Positions 23,181-35,450 of a stretch of DNA of 36,932 nt are shown here, piece by piece. This stretch comes from Octopus bimaculoides (taxonomy: Eukaryota), in assembly GCF_001194135.2 (NCBI RefSeq), contig NC_068982.1, positions 143,108,313-143,145,244 of the forward strand. The letters are read 5' to 3'. A program made the translations under genes and the position numbers. Below the pieces are notes generated by a model. The model worked only from the letters and a program-made list of their open reading frames with translations, was not told the DNA's origin and made no database searches. The first letter of the stretch is position 1. Each line of letters starts with the position of its first letter.

Positions 23181-24432
23181 AACATTGTTGAGGTTCGTGT
23201 ACTTTTAGTAATATCTAATAAGAAATACGTGGTGACCGGTGTTAGAGACGCGTGCGTTTCTGACTAGTAAAAGATCGTGAAATTTTTTTTTTTAAGATGG
23301 GGTATAATCTAGAGCATAAATGAACCCTTTAGGTGTAGCTTACTCGAAACAGGAGCAAAATTTCTTCAAATTCTATCCTGCTGTTTTAAATCATGAAAGA
23401 CGCATTGGACAGTGTAGTCCAAGATACATATGATATAAAATCAAACGAGATGATGAATTCTGGGAAAGCTTTTGATCAGAAGTCTGCTCCAACGGAGCTG
23501 ATCTGTGGTTAAATGACAACAACGACATCAACTACATGGGGCTTAATGATGCGATTCATTAAGGATGGTGAGAGGAAGAGATGCATCGAGTGAAATTGTG
23601 CGAATCTTGTAGATTGATGGCTAAGATCAGTGGAGAAAGTTGCTTTGAAGTATTAATAGAAGATACAAAGAGATGACTAATGGCATCAGTTAGCTAAAGT
23701 TTGTAATATGTCTACCTGTCTGGAGTCACGTGGAAACACGTCAAATGTATCATTTCACAGAAAGCGTTAATATTTCATTGGGAAGATCGTTGAAATGTGT
23801 CTTTCAATCGATGGCGTATATATTATATTATTATAGGTCAGTGATACATAACTACTGAAGCGCTTCTGATAATTTCTATTTCCACTACTTGCTTTGTCCA
23901 ATACATTATAGCATTACACAGTGTTTCTTTCATAAGTAATTATATTTCTTAGGGAACGATAAGGTATCACGGAACAAGTTCAAACTGCTACGTTATGTCT
24001 CAAGATACGAGACCTCATTCTATAGTAACTTAGATCACATAGCGCTCCAACATTTTTATTTTCATTTTATGTCACTTTGAGTGGACAGTAGAGAAGCTGG
24101 TTATTGATTTCTAACAAAGACAATCACTGGTTCACTGCATTTCTGACTATATTTCTGACTCCGATATTTAGAAGGGAATGACCAAAACCCCAAGTGACTT
24201 CTAACGTTACTGAAGTAAAATACATGCTTTCGGTTTTCTTGCCAACGTTTATCACTTTCGTCAATAAATATTGATGAAAGATGTACGCATACTTACATGG
24301 AGATAGACGTACACATACATATATTACATGAGCACAGATACACTTACATACGTATATACATATATATTTACATGCATATACATACATCTATATATTTATG
24401 TGTGTGTCTGCTTACATAACACACACGTACAA

Positions 24433-24481
<49 letters not shown>

Positions 24482-24484
<3 letters not shown>

Positions 24485-25173
24485 GGTGCGATAGGTAAAT
24501 TGTCGCCATTTTATATTTGAAATTTCGTGGATGTGCATTGTTTCTTCTTGATTTTGTTGACTACACAGTATAGTAGGATCAGTTGGGCAGCCTCCGTGAG
24601 AATAAAAGCGCCATAATGTAATTCTCTCTGCCAGAAATTTCGAGACGACATGCTATACTGTTTGGCATACGTGTCGGAAGCGCTAATACGAAAATGTCAG
24701 AATGTTTGGGTGTCAATTTGAGGAGAGTACAATATGAGGATAAAAATCAAACATCCAGTCAACATCATGGTGTTTTGAGTAATCACTAGCGATGGCGACG
24801 TTATGCTTCCATTCAGCTACCCACACGCTCTCAGACTCAACAGGGAAGCCTACATCAACTACCTGAAGGAAGTAGTGCTTCTCTGGGTCAAGATGGTGGC
24901 AGGAAGGTGATCCTATCTCTGGCAAGAGGACTTTGCACCATAACATACTAGCAGGATTACCCAGTCATGGCTGTCAGGAAATTTCTTCGACCATATCCGG
25001 CCACTCAACTCCCCAGACTGCAACTTCTTGATTATTATCTGTGGGACGAAGTTGGACGAGAGACTAACAAAACTGCTGATATGTAATTTTGGTAAATATA
25101 TCTGTTAAAATGAGATGTCAGTGTTATTATCATTTTTGCGTAATTTAGACGACAGTTTAGTCACCGCACCCCA
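24482..25173 (+). mobile_element. internally deleted Tc1/mariner transposon, DD37D (maT)-like
   Basis: TA|catggtgcgataggtaaattgtcgcc versus reverse-complemented right end TA|tggggtgcggtgactaaactgtcgtc. Relic transposase KHPVNIMVF*VITSDG...YLKEVVLLW...WQEDFAP*HTSRITQSWLS...NSPDCN/LDYYLWDEV contains stops, a deletion and a frameshift. Confidence 0.88.
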
Positions 25174-25324
<151 letters not shown>

Positions 25325-25344
25325 TCGCCATGATAGATAGCTAG

Positions 25345-25460
25345 CGACTAAACATTTTGTATTTTCTCTCCATGTTCATGTCTGTGTTCCTTTCTGTCGA
25401 AGAGCGTAGGCACGAATCGTAAATAACTTTCTCACTTCCCGAGCGTTAAACTAATATATA
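25345..25460 (+). mobile_element. Penelope-like terminal-repeat relic with degenerate hammerhead-like motif (copy 2)
   Basis: CTTT-CTGTCGA-A-GAGC-GTAG-GCAC-GAATC-GTA at 25390-25421; same family as 918-1078. Confidence 0.55.
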
Positions 25461-25924
25461 TGTGTTGTATGCACATATGTATATGTGTGTGTTTATATAT
25501 ATATATATTTGTATGTGTTTATGTCTATATATATATATACGTCTGCATGTGAGTGAGTGGGAGTATGCTTGTGTGTGTAATTATATGCTTCCACGCATTT
25601 TCCTTTTACATATTTTCTCACAATACCTTTTCTGATGAGGGTCTATAGTAGATGACGTTTGCCATAACATGGAACTGAACCCGTAATCATGTGGTTGCGA
25701 CGCGATCATTTTAACTGCACGGCCAATCTTGCGCCCATATATACATACATTATATATATTTATATTTATCGTTTATATAGCAGTTCTCACAGTTTCTATT
25801 TACCAAATACCACCACAAAATTACCGAAAATACTTGTGATCTCAGTGCAAGAGTACTTCCCCAGAGTGGCACACTGTGAGATCGGGCCCTTGAAACAACC
25901 TTGTGAAACCATAATAGAATAACA

Positions 25925-26178
25925 AATAAGTGTTTCCTTCTCGAACCATGCTAGTCTCATTGAAACCGATTTCCGGTTTCAATGGCGTATATAGTTCCCA
26001 CTCGGATGGGACACCGGCCCGTCACATGATTACTCATTTTTTACCAGCTGAATGGACTATAGCAACGGGAAATGAAGGTTCTTGATCAGGAACACGGCGC
26101 ATCACCCGGTCCAGGAATTGTAGTCACAACCTTACGTTCATGAGTCTAACACACTAACCACTAAGCTACGTGCCTCAT
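25925..26178 (-). mobile_element. tRNA-derived SINE, family B-related head
   Basis: Minus-strand head gcacgtagcttagtggttagtgtg...aattcctggaccggg; ccagctgaatggac matches the reverse complement of gtccactcagttg at about 15436. Confidence 0.75.
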
Positions 26179-27999
26179 GTGAAACTTGATATCTACTTTT
26201 TATTCTGCTTATATATGGAACAATAGAATAGTCAATATCAGGGTCTTTTTTCCTATATTATTGTCTAAGAATTGACTTTCATCCTTATAGCTGACTTAAT
26301 ATACATCACTAAACATCGGTCTATAACATGGATTCGATTTCTCATTGGAACACTTTTACACTAATAAACGCTATGTATGGTTCCCCTCACCAATTTCATC
26401 ATTCGAGACGTCAATGGGACTAATATCACATAGATTGATAACTCTGACCTCACGAGACGTTTATCAATTTCATTACTATACGGTGCTGCATGACAATTTA
26501 TTTATTCCACATTTTTATTATTAAAAAGCCTATCATCCTCGACAGTGTGATATGAACACTCAATTCCAGTTTCTGACGTTGATTAATGTCTTGTGTAGGT
26601 AGAAAACCTCATTTTCTTTTTATATCAGGATGTAAAATTACTTGAACTTATTTTGATGTTGAATAGTATTTTTTTTTAACAACTTCATTTTCAATCTTCG
26701 TAATGGATGATGACGTAGTTCGTTAGTTATTGCTCTACGTTCACCTTGCTTTGATCTCATTCTATCAGCTCTTAGTTTCTTTCTGTTGTTTTTCCCTCGT
26801 ACGTTGCTTTTGTCGTCGGCATTTTACTCGCTTTAATTGTTGTTTTCGTTGTTGTTTTCCTGTTGTTGCTACCAAAGAAATGTATGGACACCGAGAGCTA
26901 TGTAATTATTCAAAATGAAAAAGAATCTCACTATTATTTTTTGACTTTCCAACACAGCAGACATTCGATGTTTTAAGGTTTACTGATAAGGTGCAAAGAT
27001 GGTAGATACTTTATTTACGATTTCTAAAGAATTATGTAGAGCGACTATTACACTATTTTCTCTATTTTTATTTTCCTTTTTAGTGTTTTTCTGCTTTTTT
27101 TCCTTTCTCTTTGTGTTATACTGCTTTTTGATTGGCATTCTGAATTTCCTAGTAAATTCCATAATATATTCGAACTCACATTTGGTAAACAGAGTTGTTC
27201 TATTATTGAGACAATTCTGGAGACGCCAATGAATATTTATATCGCAGACTCTAAGTCTAGATAATACTAACTATAACAATTTTCCTAATTTTTCGCGCAG
27301 TTTAAGAGGTAACAGTTTTTTTCTATTTTCCTATCTTTAGATATTTTTGGCTTTATTTTTGTTTCTGAAGTGGCTTCTCATGGGAAGTTAATTTTTAGAA
27401 GATAAAATATATTGCAGTAGTTTTCCAGAAACGATATAATTTTCATATATAATCAAACACATCTCTCATAGAAACATTTCATTTTTTTTAAAGAACACGC
27501 CTTCTGAAATAAACATATGGCTGTAAACAGTTTTAGTTGTTAATCCATATTTCTTGTGGAAACTATTAATGGTAGTTTTGTAGTGGCAGTAAATCCATAT
27601 CTACAGATAATAACCAAAGCAGATTTCAATTCCCAGTTGGAAATATTTCACTGCGGTTATATAATTAAAGCCTTAGAAACAAATATGAACCTCTCGGGCT
27701 GTATCCCAGCCAATATGGCTAATATTATAAATATCTCCCTTGTTCAAGAGTAAACAAACGATGGTTCGATTTATTCTAGTTTCAATTTTATAATATACAT
27801 TGACGTTGAAATATGTATCACTTTAGTTTCATCTCAATATTTTCACACAGTTTAAAGTATGGTAGAAGCTTTATTGTTCTTTAGGAGAGTTCATATATTG
27901 GCATGGTTTCCTTTTGAATATTTAACACTAATACAGTTTAATCTTCTTCACCATCCACGATACTAAAGCCAATATGATTATTTGTACAGTTCTTCTAGT

Positions 28000-29000
28000 A
28001 ACTAACCATCGATATATGAATAACATGTGTACTGGTATGAATGTTATGCTGCGATATGAACTCTGGTTATAAGCAATGAAATTGAGGAGGTGTAGGAGTA
28101 GAGCCAACTGAGAAAATAAATATATGTAGGAACATGTTCACTGAAATCTCCCACAGAATAATATCAGACAGAAAGTTATTTCTTTCGATTAAAAATATGT
28201 TCAAAGCACAATTGTGCAACACCCTGCATGCCAACATCTTCAGAATCATCGTCCCACCTGAGCTCTTATAATCAAGGGACACGTGGGTTACTATGACGCA
28301 AGAAGAAAAACGACAGGATATTGCATAGAGGGTCATAAAATTTCCATGCTAGGAATACCACTGCAAGAGAATATCAAAAATGAAGCAACTCGAAAAGGAC
28401 ATGAGAGAAATATGTGATTCTGCAATAGCTAAAGCGCAGGTGTTGCTGTTCCGGATATGTCTCATGGCTCACTGACAAGTTGTGGATCCGTGTAGGTGCC
28501 AAGTGGCCCCACTAGATCAAAATGTATCACTACGAAGACCTCCAAAACGAGAAGGAGCTGGTATAATACAAAAAAGTATGTGCCAAATGAAAGAGAAGGA
28601 CGCATTGTGACGTGCAATGTATAACTACATAAAATTGGCTGAGAAAGCAAAGAAAACTGACATTGTATTGGAAATATTGTGTATAATTGTACCAAATATA
28701 GTACTTTAACATTTCTTTGCAAATTTCCATGAAGAATTTTCTTTCTTTACAAGCTACTAATGTTTTAAACTCAACATTTTAGCAGGTTGGATTACCTGTT
28801 TGGCTATTTTTAATTACCGAATCCACATCAGCAGCAGGTTTCAGTATCCAGCTAAAGTCTGCTATCGTGCCAAGTTTCCCTGATTATTTCTAATAGAAAA
28901 TACAAAGTAATTTACTTATTTTTCAACAATAATATTGTTGTCTATACTGTTGATGTTGTTTGTTGTCATCCTTACCCTAACCGACGAGTTCTGATAGATA
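28000..29000 (-). pseudogene. possible highly degenerate Cys-loop (pentameric ligand-gated) receptor relic
   Basis: SIRT, then 40 codons to ETWHDSRL/SW, then 70 codons to CQFSLLSQP, then IP...VVFLL; needs several frameshifts and stops; motif match by eye only. Confidence 0.4.
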
Positions 29001-31060
29001 TATCTTGGTTTACATTTTTTTAAAGTTACTACTTATTTAAGACGGTAAGATGTAATTTCTGAATATCTAATTGCTATTTCAGGCAAACTGATCAATATAT
29101 AGATTGACATCTAATACGAATTTTATGAGCTCACCCACTTCCTTAAGGAGCTATTACTAGAATGGCTTAATTTTATCTATTCGTTCCAATGAAATGTTAT
29201 ATTCACGAAGAAAATGAGGTGGCGATGATCATGGATTTCATAGATTCTTTATTAAAGTTTTCTGCGAAACATAACGCTTGCAGAAGTCGAATATATATAT
29301 ATATATATATATATATNNNNNNNNNNTTTGGTAGCTAAATATATATATAAAAAAAAACTAGAATAACTTTAAGATCAAAGTTGTTTTAATTTTCAATGAA
29401 AGTTAATCTAATATAATTATAGCGTCTTATTCACAATACAACTTCGAAATTTAAGGAATTACATTTTGTGCACAACATATCGCAAATGTTTTTTTAAAAT
29501 ATCTTGTCTCTACTAAAGTAATTAAGAAAAAAACAGAAAAACAGAACTTGGATGAATTTCTTTAAGGTCAACGTAGCTTCAATTTTCAAATAATGTTAGT
29601 TTAATGAAATTACATCTCTACTTTATAAGAAAACAGAAACCGAGGCATATACCACTAACTCATTTAGTTTGGTCAGTAACTGCAATGAGATTAAAGATCC
29701 GAATCCTAACATTCACATCGCCTTTTACATGGAGATACTTCACAAATTGGATGTTTGTTTATAGCATTAAAATATTATTGTCTACTGTTTATACTAATTG
29801 TATTAGACTTTTGAAAGAAGCGATGTATGAGACATAGCTGATATTTTGGTTGCAAATAAAGATTCAGTTTTCATTGTATATCACCTTTCCGTTGTTTGCA
29901 TTCAGTCATACATAAACATATTGGTATAACATTGTTCCTCTGGATAGTACGACATTTACATATGAAAGAAATAACAAGTTTATTGATAAAATATAAAGAT
30001 ATTATATAAAGATTATTTTCTAAATTCACAAGCCAACATTCTGAGATAATATATTCCTTTGTCATATCAATTCTGATTTTATCAACAACAATATGTCACT
30101 TCTATGACGGTAAGAACAAAACGAAAAAATTCTAAAAATCGAAACCAAAAAAATAATAATTTTTAATCTTCTCGTAATTCTAAACACAAAAATAATAAAA
30201 GGCTCGACTACTAGAAACGTGAAAGAGAAATGCGCGGTGGTATTTGTGTTATTTCTACTTCCATGCAAAAATTTACAACGAAGGAGGAAGACCACTTTCA
30301 CAATAGCTCTATTCCTATTCTCGGTTCCTTGTTCTTCATCTTCCTGTTGTAGATTTACGCCAACTTTTCTACAAATAATTTAACGACATTATTCATTTGC
30401 TTTTGCTTTATATAGTAAAATATAAATGATTTAATATTTATTTCTTATGCCTTAGAACAATAAAACGTTAATGTTCATTGTGTTGGGTCTGCTTCTCCGT
30501 TGCTTTTACATGTTTAGCCATATTGTTTTGACTAACGAATTAAGCATCAGATATATCCGAATACCGGTTAAATTCGCCAAACGTATTAAGTATTGATTTG
30601 AAATTTTCTGGAAATGAAAAATGAATATTTTAGAATTAGACATTGTAGAGCTGCAAATGATCTTTCTTTAACCCGAAACTGAAAAATTGTTTCGATTTTC
30701 AGTCGGACCTAAACATGTGTCATCTGTTGCCTTCTCTCAGAATTGTCCAAATAACACAAATGTGAATTTTATTCCCCCATCATTATATATATAGAGAGAG
30801 AGTACTTAATCTTCTTAGAAGGCAACGTTGTAATATATATAGTAAGATACATATATTGAACAACAGAAGTAGGAGATAAAATTTAACATGGTAAGCAAGC
30901 ACTGGTATGGCTGTTGTATTTAAGAAGCTCGTCTGAAATTGGCTTTCAATTCGATCAAACTGTAAGACACATGTATTCAACCAAATACTTCAGTTGATCA
31001 TTACATTTTAGACGGAATCCGGCGAGAGTGTACGGAAACTTTCTGAAGATTCATATCAAC

Positions 31061-31170
31061 CTAGAGATGGTGTGACATTTCCTCTTCTTCATCTGATACA
31101 TCCTTGATGTTCCGCTCAGTCACGTTGTGACGGAGATGCTGTCTGTGACAATTTTGGAAAGTACAGGCAT
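31061..31170 (-). CDS. candidate terminal exon (DACTFQNCHRQHLRHNVTERNIKDVSDEEEEMSHHL*)
   Basis: Acceptor actttctgtaattgttttag, phase-1 entry, open to TAG at 31063-31061. Confidence 0.3.
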
Positions 31171-31896
31171 CTAAAACAATTACAGAAAGTGTATTACAAT
31201 CTTCCACTTCATAATCATCTAAGGCCGACTTTTATGGCCATGTGTGTGTGTGTGTGTTAGGGATAACATTCGACTGTATATCTATATCGGAGAATCATGC
31301 AAGAATCCGAAAAGCTGTAATTATTCGAAGGAAGTATCTCAGCTATAGAAAATATATAAATAAATAGATATTCGCTGAGGTACTACACATTAGCTCGAAT
31401 ACATAAAAACACCCCAATGATTTATAAACGTGTTACATTTGGTCAAGATAACTGATACATTTTCTTTCTGAAATCTCATTTTCCCTACTCACTCTTTTTC
31501 TCCTTTTCTCTCTCTCTCTCTCACTCTCCTGCTTTGCAATGTGTTGCTCATAATACAAGAAAGAAACCAAAAACATCTGGTTCTGTACTATAAAATCTAA
31601 CTGCCTTTAAAACGAAGTGGATTACTTGATATTATGGCCCAAAATGAAGAACAAGTGAATCGAAAGATCCAGTTTTCTCTGACGAAATACATTACAAATA
31701 ACGCAAAGATCAATAGCATGCACAAATACCAGATTGTAAAATTTGGTTGCATGGAAACCTTTTATTTTGTTTTCCTAAAAAATCGAATTCTTTCGAGCTT
31801 ATCACCGAATGCCAGTTGTTGCAGTTTGCTTAGCCGCAGGTCAACACTGATCAGCGGTTATAGTATTATGAATTATATAGCCACATAATACGGGGA

Positions 31897-31963
<67 letters not shown>

Positions 31964-31966
<3 letters not shown>

Positions 31967-32272
31967 GCTGAAAAATTCCAGACCATGTGTTACCAGCGTC
32001 CAAAACTGAAAATAAAACCGACCAGGGATTACAATTCCAGAGCCTAAATCAGTGGGAGACTTGGATATAGACATGAGTGATGATACCTCTTTCCAAGTGC
32101 ACATTACCAGGATGGCTACAAATTGCAGACGACTGGCTGGATGGGTCTTGAGAACATTCCGAACCAGAGAGAAGGAAACCATGATGGTCCCCTGGATGAC
32201 ATTCGTCCTCAGCCACCTGGATTATTGCTCCAGATTGTGGTCGCCCAACAGTGTAACATTAACAGCTGTCCT
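31964..32272 (+). mobile_element. CR1-group LINE reverse-transcriptase fragment
   Basis: NAEKFQTMCY/.../VGDLDIDMSDDTSFQVHI...LAGWVLRTFRTREKETMM..W..FVLSHLDYCSRLWSP fits the CR1-type DLG...WILRTF...L.YCS.LWSP pattern; one frameshift. Confidence 0.85.
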
Positions 32273-32502
32273 TATATATAAACAATTGCAGAGTGGAAGG
32301 TGATTATAAGCCCATTTAAATACACACAAACAGTTAGATTCACTGACAAAATTCGGTGCTACATCACGGAATTCTGTCAGTGACCAGGTCGGCATTTCAA
32401 AGCGACTAAAATATTTTAACAAATTAAATTCGAATGTTGAAGAAAATCAAATGGTTTTTTGCATGTTTTTAAATGGCTTATAAACACCTTCGACGCTTCA
32501 AT

Positions 32503-32710
32503 TGTTTTTGTTTCAGCATACGATCTCACATCAAGTTTCGCCTTTAGCCGAGCAAAGCGACCGCAGGACTTATTCCTTGTTAGCCACGTGCTTATTCCAT
32601 CGAACTCTTTTGCCGAACCACTAAGTTACGGTGATGTAAACACACCGGCATCGGTTATCAAACGATGTTGGGGGGACAATCAAACAAACAGATATACATA
32701 CATACATACA

Positions 32711-32743
<33 letters not shown>

Positions 32744-32843
32744 CGTCAGCGCGACCAAAGCTTTGCGTGTGGATTTGGTAGACGGAACCCGGAACCACGT
32801 AGCTGGTAAACAAGTTACTTACCACACAGCCACTCCTGCGCCT
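32503..32843 (-). mobile_element. rearranged SINE family C with internal (TACA)n
   Basis: 3' half at 32503-32690 (minus), microsatellite 32694-32738, plus-oriented middle piece 32750-32787, head 32789-32843 (minus). Confidence 0.8.
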
Positions 32844-32995
32844 CCATGTTGTATATTTTATTTTTTCATTTTTATAATTTGTATAGATTTATTTCATCAG
32901 AAATGCAAAACAACACCGCGGAGGAATCGATGTAAGCTTAAATAATATACCGTGATAAGAGAGAGATTAGTGTATGTATATATATATATATATAT

Positions 32996-33149
32996 AATAT
33001 TCTATAATTATATACATAATTATAATCAGGGGTCAGCTAAGTGCCCCGCCACGTACTGAATTAGAAATAGATGCTAATTTCTAATTCAGTACGTGGCGAG
33101 GCACTTGGCTAATCCCTGATCATAATTATGTATATAATTATAGAATATT
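32996..33149. mobile_element. 154-bp near-perfect palindrome (MITE-like)
   Basis: 32996-33068 is roughly the reverse complement of 33077-33149; 8-nt spacer agatgcta. Confidence 0.8.
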
Positions 33150-33638
33150 TTATATAATTCACCTAAAAAGGCTTTTTAACGTACTGAACAATTGGTAAAA
33201 TTATTAATTAATTAATTAATCAATTTTACCTATATTATTATTATACATGTATGTATGTATATATATGTAGATAGATAGATAGATGTATTCATACATGCAT
33301 GTATTCTTTACTCATTATTATAAGTTTATCCAAATAACAAACAATTCATATAACGGTTTCGTGTTAACGAACCTTCCAAGTGTACAAGAGTGGTATGACA
33401 GTCGTTAGACGCGGCTGAACAGAGTAGTATAGTTTGAGCCATTCTCCTATTTGTGGATTTCAGGACTTACACGTTTATCTGCAAACATTCGAGCGTGGCG
33501 TTTTATGTTGGGAATGTATTATTTTTTTAAAATTACGTTTTGAAAGTGTTTGGTATTTGTGAGCGATTATTTTGCTAACGAAAATTGTTGACATGATGTG
33601 TACTTGGAAATTTGGCTTAATTTTAGTTGTTTGATAAC

Positions 33639-33717
33639 CCTGGAGCCAACAGAAACTTAGGCAGAAAGCCAAGCCGAAAATGATTGTAAAATTTGATTTG
33701 AGCAAGTGCGTACATGT
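33639..33717 (-). CDS. candidate hydrophobic (signal-peptide-like) exon TCTHLLKSNFTIIFGLAFCLSFCWLQ
   Basis: Acceptor tttttaaagttttcag, weak donor AGG|gttatc, phase-1 exit compatible with 31170; no ATG found. Confidence 0.2.
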
Positions 33718-34389
33718 CTGAAAACTTTAAAAACTCGAATATTATTGTTGAGAGAATCGCCATGTCCAGTGCTGAATAATTTAATTAAAACTTTGAAAAT
33801 TTTCGTCTTCAACAACAATGATGACCCGCGAAACACCATAGTCTTCATGACAACTAATAAGAGCCTGATATATANNNNNNNNNNNNNNNNNNNNNNNNNN
33901 NNNNNNNNNNNNNNNNNNNNNNNNNNNNNNNNNNNNNNNNNNNNNNNNNNNNNNNNNNNNNNNNNNNNATATATGTATATATATATATTTAGTAGCACGT
34001 GACTAGCAAAATAAATTTCTCGTGGAAGATAAGATACCAATATTACTGAATTGGTAGTATTGCCTGCAGGTTAGATCAATATGTAGTTCCCATTTACGAT
34101 GCATATCAACGATGTTTTGTAGAAATCTGAAATGATCAATATATTCACTACTGCTACAGTCAAATTCAAGCTGCGGCATTGAGGCAAGGGAAATGCGTTC
34201 CTGTTGGTGATGAAAGAGCGTATATTAAGTTTTTCACACTTTGAATGAGAACTTATTTTCTTTTAGCTATCTCCAGACATTTAAAGTTCAATGTTTGTAT
34301 AGTTTGTACATTTTTTTTTTTTATTTGCCCTATTCAAGGCTGAGTCATGTGTCATCGGCATATTGAATAACATCAAAAATGTATACATA

Positions 34390-34514
34390 ATTACGCATAA
34401 ATGCATATATATATAGATAGATAGACGGACAGACAGACAGACATACAGACAGGCAAGCAGACAGGCAGATAGATAGAAGAATATTTAGATAGATTGATAG
34501 ATTTATATACAAAT

Positions 34515-34575
<61 letters not shown>

Positions 34576-34777
34576 AAACAAACACACACAAACACACACA
34601 CACATACACACGTGTGTCTGTGCATGTATGTATATGCATACATATATATATATAGATACATTCATATATATATATATATATATACACTCACCATTCACGC
34701 AGACAGTCAATCAGACATAGGCACACACTTCACATACACAAACACACAAACATATATATATATATGTCTTTTTTACA

Positions 34778-34864
<87 letters not shown>

Positions 34865-34925
34865 CATTTGGAAACGAATGCACAAAAGCGTGCATACACA
34901 TACACACACACACATGTATATTGTT
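34390..34925. repeat. compound (TA)/(AGAT)/(AGAC)/(AG)/(CA)/(TG) microsatellite block
   Basis: Directly visible. Confidence 0.95.
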
Positions 34926-35131
34926 GTTTTTTAATGCCTGAAGATGCGTCTGGAACAACTTCCGCTTCTCTAATATTTAAACATAACCACCATTCCTCTA
35001 TTGATTGTACTCTCAATAATTTCCCATTCAGTACAAAGATATGTCCTTTATATCATATTATATCTCGAATGTACTTGGACAATATTGAGTTTAGTTTTCT
35101 AACTGATGTATTGACTATATAATTCTAGTCT

Positions 35132-35292
35132 CAGGCGTGGCTGTGTTGTAAGAAGCTCCATTCCCAACCACATGGTTTCTGGTTCAGTCCTACTGTATGG
35201 CATCTTGCGCAAGTGTTTTTTTTATAGTCTTCGGCTGACTAAAACCTTTTGTGTGGATTTGGAAGATGGAAACTGAAAGGTGCCCGTCGTAT
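35132..35292 (+). mobile_element. SINE family C, 5' half ending at the microsatellite
   Basis: gtggctgtgttgtaagaag...ggttcagtcc...gtggatttggaagatggaaactgaaaggtgcccgtcgta followed by (CA)/(TA). Confidence 0.85.
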
Positions 35293-35313
35293 TTACACAC
35301 GCACACACACACA

Positions 35314-35351
<38 letters not shown>

Positions 35352-35400
35352 AAGTTAAGCAACAAGCATTTAAAGTACCACATTTAATCTTTTGATTAAA

Positions 35401-35450
<50 letters not shown>

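Noticed and set aside
25632-25662. CTGATGA plus GTCTA/TAGAT stem
   Set aside because: No GAAA and no stem I; at most a dead relic.
27556-27753. VVAVNPY resembling the myosin motor motif
   Set aside because: No flanking myosin residues, no suitable splice sites, and an early stop.
28495-28610. Plus-strand RRPPKREGAGII resembling the R4 motif PRKEGGRGL
   Set aside because: No supporting upstream LINE motifs, and it competes with the better-supported minus-strand reading.
30033-30380. Plus-strand hydrophobic exon ending YDG|gtaaga with a downstream acceptor near 30351
   Set aside because: No start codon; the spliced product stops after a few residues.
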